Shown in pieces: positions 37,174 through 49,056 of a DNA stretch of 64,000 bases (its first letter is position 1; the number at the start of each line of letters is the position of its first letter). Source of the stretch: Ptychomitrium polyphyllum (lineage: Eukaryota); contig OZ316776.1 in NCBI GenBank assembly GCA_973851085.1, positions 3,906,001-3,970,000 of the forward strand. The letters are read 5' to 3'. A program made the position numbers and the translations under genes. The notes beneath the pieces are model-generated. The model saw nothing but the letters and a program-made list of their open reading frames with translations, searched no databases and was not told where the DNA came from.

Positions 37174-40100
37174 AATTTCTCGTAGATGACAAGTCTGAAT
37201 TCGATCAGAGTTATCGTAAGCATATCATGGCTGTGAAGCCTGCGGTGTTAGTGTGTACAGTATCTCAGACTTCATCGACGTACATTGCTCATATTATTCA
37301 TGGTGTAGAAAGATTGCTTAGTTTACATGGCTAACTTTTGTCGTAGGAAGCGATCACATGCACATCCTAAGTAGCTGTAGGCTGGGCATCTCGTGTGTTA
37401 ATTGTGTTTCGTCCAATAAATGCAAGTCTGGTGGTATTCGTGAGTTAAAATTGGAACAAGCTTTTGTTGTCTTGACACAGTACCTGCGTCATTGCAAATC
37501 AAGTAGGATAATAGCGAACTCTGGTGCAGCAAATTTGAGGGAGTGTACCCCATAATGGAAGCACACTTCCCAACACAATACTCTATCTTGGCAGGGTACT
37601 ACCAGATTCTCTTGTTACAAAACAGACCTGAATCATAATTCCAGAGATTATCCTTTCACAGTTCTTGGTTGACCTAGACCAAGTTGATATGGTAATGATA
37701 TGTTTCTTGAAGTTGCAAGCAAGTTACACTGATTTATAACAGTGGGTCCCTAGTTGTTGGATCAATTGAGTGACCACTGACCAGGCTCCCATACTATCCA
37801 TAATCAACAAAGTGAAATAACTCGAAATATTCTCTGCCAATCATCAAGGAATAGCACAGCTTTCCAGCATGACGTAATGATACATTCAACTCCAGGGGTG
37901 TTATTCTCTCCTGCAAGCATCGAACAGATGACTTTCACAATATGCAAGTGGAGTACACTCTTTAATAACACGTACCTAATAAACTTGCAAGTACATATTG
38001 ATCATGAGAATGTACATCCTGTTGAGCATCTATGTTGAGCATAAAGTTTAGTGTCCCTTTTTGATGCACCTCATGTTTGGAACTTAAAAATTCTTTACTT
38101 ATTTACACAACATCAAAAGATGCACACTAAAATATGTTAAAACGTATTAAAATAAGTTTCAATTGCCAACAAGACCTAAATGTGTCCTACTAATAGTAAT
38201 CATGCATAGTCGCTTAAAGTGTTAATAATGGACTTCATGTTTGTTAAGAGTTGGTTTGCTGAAAGGTGGCAACACCAAAGGACTGTTAACCATGACACTG
38301 ATACTTTACAACCCACTAAGCGCTTGTAAATTCAAATCCATATTGAATTGGATCTGGGATTTTAAACATCAGATTTGCACATTTAAAGTACACAATCTAG
38401 GAAAAAAACTGATCTTGGATTGGAGTCACCCTATGCTTAGAATACAGTAATGTACATGCATGATCTGCAGTGAATACTTACATTCAAATGAAAAGGAAAA
38501 GGTGTTGGTAAAAAAGAACAAGTGCAATGGTTCTATTTTTGACCTTGCTGTGGTCATTTGCACAGAGATGCAGTTGCTTGTTTACAGAGGTCCATGATAT
38601 CAAATTCTTTTGAACACAAAAGAAATAAGGGGAAATAAAAGAATTCTCATATGTGTAACTTTGCAGCACTCTCTACACTGATTGATATTTCTCAAATTCC
38701 CACTACATTTTGTGTTTAAATTTTGAACTATATGGTGGTTTTGAACGTTACAATCTCCACACCTCCACCACCAGATGCAATCATCCCTTTTGCCAAGAAG
38801 TTCTCTAGGAGGGTCCACCACATCAAGATATCCCTTAGCCCTCAATTTAAGATACTTATTTTAGTCAGAGCACCTTATCAGATTCAAATCACTGAAATTC
38901 CCCAATTTCAGGCTACAAGTCTTTGGGCTGTAAAGAGTTAAACCACCAAGCAGTTGAAATATCATGAGATTGCTGTTACTAGATTATGAATATTAAACTC
39001 ACATTAGATTGTATCTACAATAGCAAACAGGATCCCGGCCCACTTATATTTATGAGTAAGTTATGGGTTTTGAAAAGTGTGTAGTATTAGTCTATCTGAT
39101 ACTGGCCCTAAACCCTGGATAATGTACATCACCAAAACCATGGGTCAAGTTAATAAGCCCCTCTCTAATTTGCAAGAAAACTTATAGACATAGAACAGAG
39201 AGAACATGAAATTTAACTTTTGAGTATTTTGCATCCTTTTCGGAACATCTATTCAAATTTTGGTTTTCAATCCAACTTTAGTGTCAGATACTTTCTTTGT
39301 GCATTAGGAACCATCCTCATATAAGGTTAGGCTTTTTTTTGATTGTCCTGCATTGTCCTACATTTCCAAATGAAGTCAATTAAAATGATTCCAAAACTAT
39401 TTTTTGCTCATTCCTATGATCTAGTAAGGAACATGATTAAACAGAGTCATAGTTGTGGATGTGTCTTATTCATGTTCAACGTTGGTGACATTTAAATTAT
39501 CTATTGGGCCTCTATAATACAGTATAAGTGATTTTTTCACTAAAGCTCTTGCATTAAGGAGAACTTGTAGTATCTTAAATTAAAATACCAAAATATCCTC
39601 AACATCATATGTCAATGACATACTTGAGTCAGGTAGCAAAATATTTTTTATAATGTCTTATTGCTTAGTGTGGTATCATCCAAAGAATGGTATATTAGAA
39701 CACTAATGAATATGACATCAACCACAAATAACACTGAAGTGCAAATAGAAGGCACCCATAGCCATGGACCAAACAGGTCCCAAATTATATAATTTGTTAA
39801 AAAAAACTACTGTATCCAAGTAGCAAGCTTGCTACTCTGAGTGCAGATAGTGTGTGAAATTGGGAATGCAACATTGAAGTTGCAAGGAGCAGTGCTGTTT
39901 TAGCTTCATACAAAGCATGCATGGACCAAAAGCATAAAGCCTTTGGAAGATGACCGCATTGAATCCCAAGTACAGCTGCAGAAGTACATGGATGGCAACT
40001 GTACTTCAGTGGAAATACTGTCAAAGGTTGTTGGCTGACTCTAGAATAGAGAGCGCCCGGCGCTCAGAGCTGGTGGCAATAAAATCAATCACAAGTTATC

Positions 40101-40582
40101 ACTGTGGAGCATTGGAAGCTGGGAGCTGTTGACGGTAACTTACATCATTCAACCTTGGAAGGCTGTGTTGAATTTGTTTGAATTTGAGTACTGTGTATGA
40201 AAAACAAGATGTTAGAGTTATTTCTTAAGTCCTCCTTACAGAGGGAGGTTTTGTAAAACATATTTTGAAACTCATTTTCAACACAAAAACAAACAAAAAT
40301 GTGTTTCAAAGTGTGTTTTGATGAACTATTGCAAAACCTTTGGAACGTCATGGCCTGGTTGCTACAGTGAGTGCACACATGAGAGTGCAGAATGCATTCT
40401 AGAATGTTTGTCAAATATTGGAGATACAGTAGTCAGATAATATGGAGGACCTCCATATTACTTGCTTACCCATTGTTTCCTAGAGGGTTGTTAAATCATC
40501 CATGTATGAAGTAATAAATTGGAGATTACATGTACTTCATAGATAAGATCTACTATTCATCAAGAGTTTATATCAGTGACAA

Positions 40583-40620
40583 TTTTTTATTTTTTTATTT
40601 TTTTATTTTTTTATTTTTTA
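40583..40620. repeat. (T6-7A)n low-complexity repeat
   Basis: ttttttattttttt attttttt attttttt atttttta. Confidence 0.75.
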
Positions 40621-43600
40621 GGAAAGACGTTTTTCTTTTGATTCACTTTTATTACACATAAAGAACAGAGGTAATTACAGCTATAGGCTCAGCTCAGTTA
40701 AGGAAGGAGTTACACTAGTTTTGTCCATTTGTATTGATTGCATTAGTTGATTTTGAGAATACTATACTTTCCTTTTCTTGGTGAATAATTTAATGAATAT
40801 TTATTTTTCAAAAAATTGGATGGATAAATTGTTGAAAATGGAAGAAATATTAAAGTACAGAATACCCTACAAACACTCTTGAACTCTGGTTACTATTAAC
40901 AAGGTTCATTCAAAATCTCATGAAAAGATTAATCTTTTCTAAATAAAAAAATGTTGGATACAATTTAGGACTAAGAACATTTTTAAGTTCGCTTTGGCGT
41001 GTTGAATATGATGGGAATGTACATTAGTATCAACTGTTTTGTCCGTAGTTGAAATGCCCATCTTATATAAAGCATCATTTCCTTACCTGAATAGTCAATG
41101 TGACTAACACCAATGAACCACAAAACAACGTACTAGAACTCCAAAAGAATCTAGAGACAGTGTGGCTTAATTGAGCCAACTTTGCGGAAACCTTGCTTCG
41201 TTACTGTAGTCCAAAGTGTTGTCCAAAGTGTAGTCGTGGGCAAGCAGGCAACTTAAACATTGAAGGAAAGCAACATTTGTCCAGATACTGTAATCATCTT
41301 GATGCAGTAGTTACACTGCTGAGAATATTATGGGAGGGCAAGTATAAGTTCACTCCTGAAAATTGGGTTACATGTCAAATGTGGTGAATGCAAGTTTGTT
41401 TGTCTCAGAATCTTTTCCGTCAGACTTCCAATGTGTTTTCCATATCAGTTTTGGTAGAGCTCTGTAGTTCATACAAAAGTCTTCCTATTCTGGTTTTTTT
41501 TGTTTTGATTTTTTTTTAATATTTCAACCTTGACTAGAGAAGAAACCAAGCTTGTAAACTCATGTTCAATGATTTACTTCTTTACGTGCACTTAAATATG
41601 TGTAACATCCTTTAGTGCATTTCATGTGTCTAAGGCTTGATCTATCTAGCAATGGTCTTCCACTTCTTGGAAATGTAGGCAAAACATTTACTCTTGGATG
41701 CATTTAATATTTAATATTGGGGACATCCACTGTTGGAAGCAGTAAAACTGATGACAAATGAAGAAGTAGCTAATATAACAACAACCGGTTTCAGAAAATT
41801 AACTTGACTTTGGTAAGACTTTGATGAAACAACTTGGAAAATCAAGGATAAAATAAAGAGCATAACGATGGCCACAATGAATATTGCAAATTGAAAGACA
41901 ATTTGGCAATGTTCCACTTGCAAGAACCATTACATAGTCTCCATCACAATACATGCAATCCATTAAAAATGGATTTTGCTCATGTGTTCATGTTCAATTA
42001 ATTAACATGGCTTCCAAAAAGTGTTAAAAATATCCCAAGGTGATGTTGATGTTTTTGACATATTATAAAGAGAAAAAAAACACATGTGTTAATTAAACGA
42101 AGTCGGTTAAAGTGCTTTTAGGAAGGCGTTAGTTTTGTTGGTTGCATATAACAAACATTGTTGGCTTGTAAATTCAGTTAAATGGAATATTAATAATTTC
42201 AAAAAAAATTATACTTATAAATTTGGATATCACTTAAAATAAAACCACCTATAATATGAATATTTATATGATATTACGAATTGTATGTATTGATGTAGAA
42301 AATACTTTTTAAAAGAAATCTTTCAAATTTGATATTTAGTTTTGTTATGGGAATCTTTCCAAATACTCATGTTTTAAATTTGAATGGTGATGCATAATTG
42401 AAATCATGTATAAATGAGTCTAATAATGGATATAAAAACAAATCAAATAAAATTTATATACATTAGGTGGATGTTGGTTTATATTTTCGTGGTTTCCAAA
42501 AAACTTATAATTTTTAGTTTCAAATCACATAGAAAATTTGTAATTTTTGAATTCGAAATTTTTTTGTCTTCAAGTAATAGTCATAATAAAAATAGGAGGT
42601 AATTTATAGTGTAATTCATAGAAATATCTTAAGAAAATTAATTATATGATTGTGCTTGTAACACTTAAATACAACTCAAGACCAAAATAAACTCTTGATA
42701 AATATGTGGTACAAAATCTCTCAGTTGTTGGTAGAGTATATTAAGAAGATTGAACTTTTAAAAAAACTACATCAATCATTTGGTTTATACATCAAATTTA
42801 CTTAATATTTTTTTTATAATTCAACATAAAAATTCCAACCAATAAACTTTAATAAAGCATAACTTCCAATTCAAAGCTCTAGATTCAATTCAAACATTAA
42901 AATTTTAAAATAAAGTAAATTCAATCAATATTAATTTTAGCATTGAACTTTCTTTTGCTCTATTGATACAAAGGAGGTTAATAATTTACATGTTAAGTAA
43001 TATATTGAAAAGTGAAGTTGCAAGTTTAAACTTTTTATATTAGTTAATGCACCAAGGTTTAAAAGTTGTCAAAGTAAGCATATTATATAAAATTCAAATA
43101 TCTTAGACTTTTATCGATGTCCTGCCTTTCCTTGGTGAAATTTTATAGCACAGAGTTTTTAAGTCACAATTACATAACAGCTTTCATTTGTTTAAATTAA
43201 AAAAATATTTCCTCCCTATAAATTCCAAAATTTCAAGGTATCACATAAGTGTTTTAATGTGAAATTCATACTTTAATCTTAATAAGTTATCAAATGATGA
43301 ATGGAAAATCAATTGGTCCTCAAGTGTTTGGACATTTAAACAGCAATTGGAGTTTCACATGCTGCAAACCAAAAAAGAATCAAAATTCAAAGTACTGTCA
43401 GAGACATAGAGCGACTTTGAGCAACAGGTGCACAATCATGGACCAGCAAGCAAGAGGCACAATTGGGTATCACCGTCATCAGCCAAGTTATTGGAATGCC
43501 CAAATCTTAAAGACATAACTTTGTTAGGATGGGGTGCCTCTCCATGAATTGTTGGCAATCTAAAATTCACTTAAAGTTCTAGATTTAATGAAAAGAAATT

Positions 43601-44971
43601 TACTTTCTCCAGAAAAGCAAACTACAGTGGCAATGTTTAGTGCCACCAAACAATAGGAGAATAAAACAAGTGAGTTGAACCTGAAACTCACAGTAATGAA
43701 GTTAGTACCAAGCATCCAGCCCAGCCCAGCGCATGGCCATTGCCTTCCCAACAAATTACTGCACATCACTAATCCCTCGCTTACTGTAAACCTGGCCAAA
43801 CTTTAAACCATCATTGGCAACCAGTTGCTACATTGAATCCTCAATGGAAGGCAGTACAACTCTAAGCCAATCATTCCTCCACAAACATTCACTGACCTAT
43901 TCATACCTTGGACCATCGGTGGGGAATCATTCATGACATTCTTTGTCAAGCCTGATAGGCATCCTAGAATATTCACAACTTACTCATACAGTGTCCAAAC
44001 AATACTCAGTGCTGTTCATTTTCTCTCATGATTCTATACAGCTTTGTGGAGCAAGCATTCCGTTAGGCTGGGGTGGACCTTGTCATGGACTAAAATGTTT
44101 TTCAGAGTGGTTTTACTATTCATGTGTATTGTATCATGACACAAAGCTGCAGCCGCCGCCCACGCTTGCCATTGTCATGATAGGATACAGTGCACAGTAC
44201 AGGTCGTAGATTTCGGTCAACCCCACGGGCCCGCGGCTTTGGACTCGGCAGTGGCCGCATCCGCGGTCGTCGGCCTCGTGGTCACTGGTCACGGGTCTCC
44301 AAGTATCCTGGGTTTGCTTCCAAGTCATCGCTCGCTCGTCGCTTTCAAGCCACCCCTCGTTGCGTACGAAGACGCTCCGAAGGCCGGAGGCTCGTTCGCC
44401 TGCAGTTCGTCCTCATTGACTTCACAGGCACTGAGCCATCGACCAGGAAGCACGACGGGGACTTGGACGAGGCACGAGTGGCAATCGAGGAGCTCTTGGG
44501 CGACGGCGGTGTTGGCGTTTTGCAGCGATGGCCGAGCTGCGCTGTGCGGGCGGGGCTTATTTTAGCCCGAACTGGCTCCGACGACGTTGTCGATATGTCT
44601 ATTAATAACACATACCGTCCGAGGTGGCTGCCGTCGACGGGTCCGGGGAGGATTAGATGGCAACTTTTGTTGCAAAGTTTGCGCTTATCGAACTTGCACA
44701 GAAACACCGCTGGAAGGGACTGCGTTCTGGAGGAGGCAATCTAGCGTAGTCGGATCTGCAAGTCGGCATGCACAGCAGTGCGAGTCGGCATCTTACACCA
44801 GACTCAGATCTAGACAACTTTTACTTGTTCTTGTGTCTAGGATTACGCGGAGGTGGTGAGTGCTGAGCAGCGAGGTGTAGTCGCCTGTTTGGGAGATTTG
44901 TTTCCAGGTTTCGGTGTAGGATTGGATTGGATTGCGAGAGGGGGAAGTCAGCGTTGTGAGGTTTTGGGAGG

Positions 44972-46183
44972 ATGTCGGGCGATGGGCCGCCATGTGGTCC
45001 GCCGGGAATGCAGAGTGGGGGGTGCGACGGCGGCGGGGCGAATGGATCCGTGTACTTGATGCCTCCGCCGGCGACGAGCTCGTACGTGGTGAACAGCAAG
45101 ATCATGGTGGTGGCTGTGGCGGTGTTATTCGCGGTGGTGGTTTTCATCCTGTGCCTGCACGTCTACGCGAAGTGGTTCTGGCGCAACCAGGGGGCGCTGG
45201 CGGCGGAGGGCCGGGTGACGGGGCCGACGAGGTTGTGGCGGACAGATGCGCGCGTGGTGAACCCAAGTGGTGGTGCGCTGCAACCAGTGGTGCAGGGCGT
45301 GGGATTGGAGAAAGCCGTGATTGAAGCCCTGCCGACGTTTGAATTCGACGACGAGGACATGAAGGGGAAAACTTTGGAGTGCGTCGTATGCTTAGAAGAT
45401 TTCGAGCCGGGCGAGAAAGGTCGCACGTTGCCGAAGTGCGGGCATCACTTCCACCTCGATTGCGTCGACATGTGGTTGGATTCCCATTCCACATGCCCGC
45501 TGTGTCGCGCGAGTGTCCGAGCCGACGAATCCAAACCCACCGATGTGCCCACGGTCACCGTAACAGTCAACGAGCATTCCCAACCCCAGACGCCCGTTAT
45601 CGGCGATGTGCATGCGCCATTCATGGCGGCGATGCGGGCGTCACGACGACGGCAACGGAGCCGAGGCTCCTCGCAACTGCCGCCGATGTCGCTCAACAGT
45701 CCCACAGGTGCCAACAGCCTCCCTCATACCATCAGTGACCTAACCGAGAATCCCGTCGCAACAGAGCTTCAAACCCTAGGATCAAGCGAGCGACAAGAAA
45801 CATCACCAGTCCACGAAACGCCCACTGTGGATCCCAAAGCGCTGGCGCGAGAGTACGAGTCGACCTCGGGCGAGATTCCTTTAAATGTGCTGTTCTGGGG
45901 TGACCAATCTCACATGACCACCACGGCCGCGCAAAGCCTGCAACCGAGCGCTTCCAGCATTCGCGCTCCATTTCAAGTCACCATCGACATCCCCCGATCA
46001 GGAAACGCATCCACTCTGCACCCTGCCAATGTCATTTCGCCCATGGCCCGCGCTTCCGCCAGCTTCCGCCGTCTGGTGACCCGCGGCAAGAGCATGGTGT
46101 CGCCCCATGACGAGGACGAGCTGGACGAGGGCGGCCCTTCTTCGCGTTCGTCCCGCACTCCACCACCTCCTCCTAATTCGTAA
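44972..46183 (+). CDS. ATL-family RING-H2 E3 ubiquitin ligase, single exon, 403 aa
   Basis: N-terminal TM helix (IMVVAVAVLFAVVVFILCLHVYAKWF), GLD-type motif GLEKAVIEALPTF, RING-H2 CVVCLEDF...LPKCGHHFHLDCVDMWLDSHSTCPLCR, downstream PLNVLFWG motif; intronless as is typical for ATLs. Confidence 0.93.
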   Translation: MSGDGPPCGPPGMQSGGCDGGGANGSVYLMPPPATSSYVVNSKIMVVAVAVLFAVVVFILCLHVYAKWFWRNQGALAAEGRVTGPTRLWRTDARVVNPSGGALQPVVQGVGLEKAVIEALPTFEFDDEDMKGKTLECVVCLEDFEPGEKGRTLPKCGHHFHLDCVDMWLDSHSTCPLCRASVRADESKPTDVPTVTVTVNEHSQPQTPVIGDVHAPFMAAMRASRRRQRSRGSSQLPPMSLNSPTGANSLPHTISDLTENPVATELQTLGSSERQETSPVHETPTVDPKALAREYESTSGEIPLNVLFWGDQSHMTTTAAQSLQPSASSIRAPFQVTIDIPRSGNASTLHPANVISPMARASASFRRLVTRGKSMVSPHDEDELDEGGPSSRSSRTPPPPPNS

Positions 46184-46879
46184 GAATTCACTCCATCTTC
46201 TGAAAACTCCAAAACACATTACCTGTCCCGAATGACTGCTACTAACGTCTCGATGGGGTGGAATGAAGTCGATCACCAATCAATCATATTCTCTCCAGAT
46301 GCATGTAGAGAACAATGTAGATTTTAATAGAAAGTTTTGACATTTCCGAGCTAGGCCCGTCGGTCATGTTAAGTTAATCATTGTCCTGGAAATAAGAGGG
46401 GTGAGAATTGTACATTAGTTGAGGCTGAGCAGTGCCATTTCTGCCGCCTTGGTTTTTTGATGTTTGAGAGCCCCGTGATCGGCATTTTCTGTATCACGAA
46501 GCTCCCGACTGTACCATGAAATAAAACCACTACTCAAGTTCAACCAATCTCGTGCCCACTTAGTTTCTGGATATGTAGAGTGTAGTCCTTTTCTGTGGGG
46601 TTACACTTGCTCAGAATTGCAACTAAACGAGATCAACAGGTTTTGTTTCACGGATTGGGTCGATTACAAGCCTCACAAATTGGATTCAATGGGGTTACAT
46701 GACATGGCTAGCCGGGGAGTTGAAATGTTACCATGGCGGTACCCTAATCCTACAGCCTTGTAAGGTCTCTTGCACAGATACGGACGTTGAAGATAAATTC
46801 GTGTTTCTGGAACTAGAGCATTTGGTTCACGCCTTCACCGGTGACTCAAAAAGGTAAGGTTTGGTCTGCTTGCGTAGAT

Positions 46880-48322
46880 CCCAGGTTATAGGTTGAACCA
46901 AGTTGTTATCTTCACAACCAACGCCTCTTCAGGTGCAAGGTCTTCCGGTTCATTTGTCTGGAATAGAGTCATGTGATATGTATTGGGTTCCCAGGTTCCG
47001 GGAACACGTTTGGCCTCTGCGGTGCCTCTACTTATGTCTGCGTGGGAAGAAGAGTTACGGATGCCCTTGATAGATGGAGAGGGTCCCATCGGATTAGCGG
47101 TTTGTCGGTCCCCAGAGCTTGCATGGCAGACGTTTGATGTGGTGGGGAAGTTCACTTTATTGCTTGTCGAGAAGGGATATCTGCGATTACGGTTGTCGCT
47201 TTGCACTGGCGGTGATGATGTGAAGTCTCAGTTGGGGGTTTAGAACCAACGGGGTACACATTGTGGTTGCAACGCCGAGTCGATTGAGGGAAATTCTTGA
47301 CATCATGAAGGTGAATCTGGATAACTGTGAGTTCCTTACGCTGAACGAGGCTGACATGCTTCTGGGTTTTAGGGTATGAGCAAAGTATTCAGGAGGTTTT
47401 GGATGGTTTAAAGGTCAGATACAGTCTTGTTTACTGCAGCCATGCTGAAGAGGATTCAGGACTGCAGGAAGGGGTGCAGCAAATTTGAATGTATATCAGT
47501 TAATTGAGTATGTGAAGCAGGAAGGAAAGATGGTGCACTTATTGAAATGTTTATAAAAGACACCTCCACCTGTGCTTAACTTCTGTGACACTAACGCTGA
47601 TGTGGATTACATTCGTGAGTATTTGCTCCTGAACGGAGTTAAGGCTGTTGCGATTTATGGAGGCAGTGGGCCAGGAAGAGCGAGACGTTACAATTTTTGC
47701 TTTAAAGGCAACGAGGATGTACTTGTAACATCAATTATGTCATGGCTGCAAAAATTGAGAATTCCTGTGTGTTTACAGAAGTAGGTGTGCAGAATGATGC
47801 GGAGAAACTGGCATTTCCAATTCGTTTGTCAATAAGAACAGAAGTGAGAAAAATATCTGGAATTTGAAGCAATTGCAAATGGAGGTTAAGAGCATTCCCA
47901 CAGGAAAAGCTCCTCTATCTGTAAATTATACTAGCGAGACCTTGGGTAGCAGTAAGTGTTTCTTCCCTATTCCTAAATTTCTTCCCAAAAACCCTCATAG
48001 TTACGGGAGAGTGCCTCTAAAAGTCAAGCAAAGTCAAGCAAAGTCAAGATTGGGACCTCTCTCTGGGACCCCTTTGTTTGAAACAGAAAAGGACATCGGG
48101 AGGATTAGCGGGAATGCTCTAAGCAAGGGATACCCTTTATGCTGGCAGCCTAGATAATAGAGGAGGCAGAGGAGCTAGCTAAGGCCCGCGGGGTCAAAGG
48201 TTTCGCATATTGAGGAGGGTTGGGTCAGCGGATCTGTAAGTGTTCAATGCTATAGTACTAGAAGAGGTGAGGAGCCTGGACTAGACGATTTGGATCCTGC
48301 AGTTTTGGAGGAGAGATTTGTC
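46880..48322 (+). pseudogene. Decayed DEAD-box RNA helicase pseudogene, DDX41/abstrakt/RH35 type
   Basis: Broken but recognisable motifs: QPTPLQVQGLPV, GEGPIGLAVCRSPELAWQT, GVHIVVATP, LNEAD (for LDEAD), EYVKQEGK...KTPPPVL...EYLLLNGVKAVAIYGG, GVKGFAY*GGLGQRI (zinc knuckle), terminal FG...GEI. Multiple stops and frameshifts; the motif V segment (ASKGLD) is missing. Confidence 0.88.
47890..48119. mobile_element. 230-bp non-autonomous PIF/Harbinger (Tourist-like) MITE inserted in the DDX41 pseudogene
   Basis: 10-bp perfect TIRs GAGCATTCCC...GGGAATGCTC flanked by a TAA target-site duplication (47887-47889 and 48120-48122). Removing the element and one TAA restores GAG GTT AAG CAA GGG ATA CCC (EVKQGIP, cf. 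EAKQRIP). Confidence 0.88.
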
Positions 48323-49056
48323 TGGGAAGAAAGAATTGAAAAGAGAAAACGTTCTTTTAGGGGTTTTTCTCGTTCAACTCATTCCGTGCCAATTGCACGA
48401 TTAGAGCGAAGTAAGCCTTTGAAGAGAATCGTGAGCGAAAAATGATAATAGAAAGCAAATTCTTATCTTCGTGGTAACTATTCTGTACACGTCAAGCTTC
48501 TTCATGACTATTCCTAAAATCCAGAAACCGGTTGATTTTTCAAATAACTTCAGTTAATGCGTTTTGGTAGAAGAGGGGGTATGCTTGTAAAAAATGGAAC
48601 TAAAAGTTTCTTCACAGATAATGTTAGGAGGACTGTTAGAAAGATGAAATGTACAGTTACAACAAACGCATACCAACGGAAACACATACAATTGAACATG
48701 AAGGAAATTGTTTAAACAGAAATACATGCATGTAAAAATCACAATAACCTTTCGAAGTTCACCTTTTGGCACACTTACTAGGTATCATACAATTGTCGCC
48801 CATATAAACATTTGAGTGCCAGCTATACCACATCTCACTGAGTTTCAGAGTGGGTACCCACCAAGACTAAACGCGCTCCATCATTCTTGTGCTAAAGAAG
48901 TAGCACAAAACATGTGTAGTGCATGTGCACAAGCGGTGTTAACTAACATGTAATCATCAATTTTGACATTGATTACTACCTAGATTGTCGATACAAGCTA
49001 TTCAGCCTCAGGAGGTAAGAGTCTGTCTAATCATTGCAGGAGTTTGGCCTATACTG

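Noticed and set aside
38700..44160. Scattered protein-like fragments (e.g. 39838-40134; CPKC...CGEC near 41200-41390) suggesting a decayed gene
   Set aside because: Stop density (4 in ~100 codons) is about what random sequence gives, and I could not build a coherent exon chain or name a family; needs TBLASTN.
44190..46279. Multiple overlapping ORFs around the ATL gene
   Set aside because: GC-rich shadow ORFs of the real ATL CDS and its leader.
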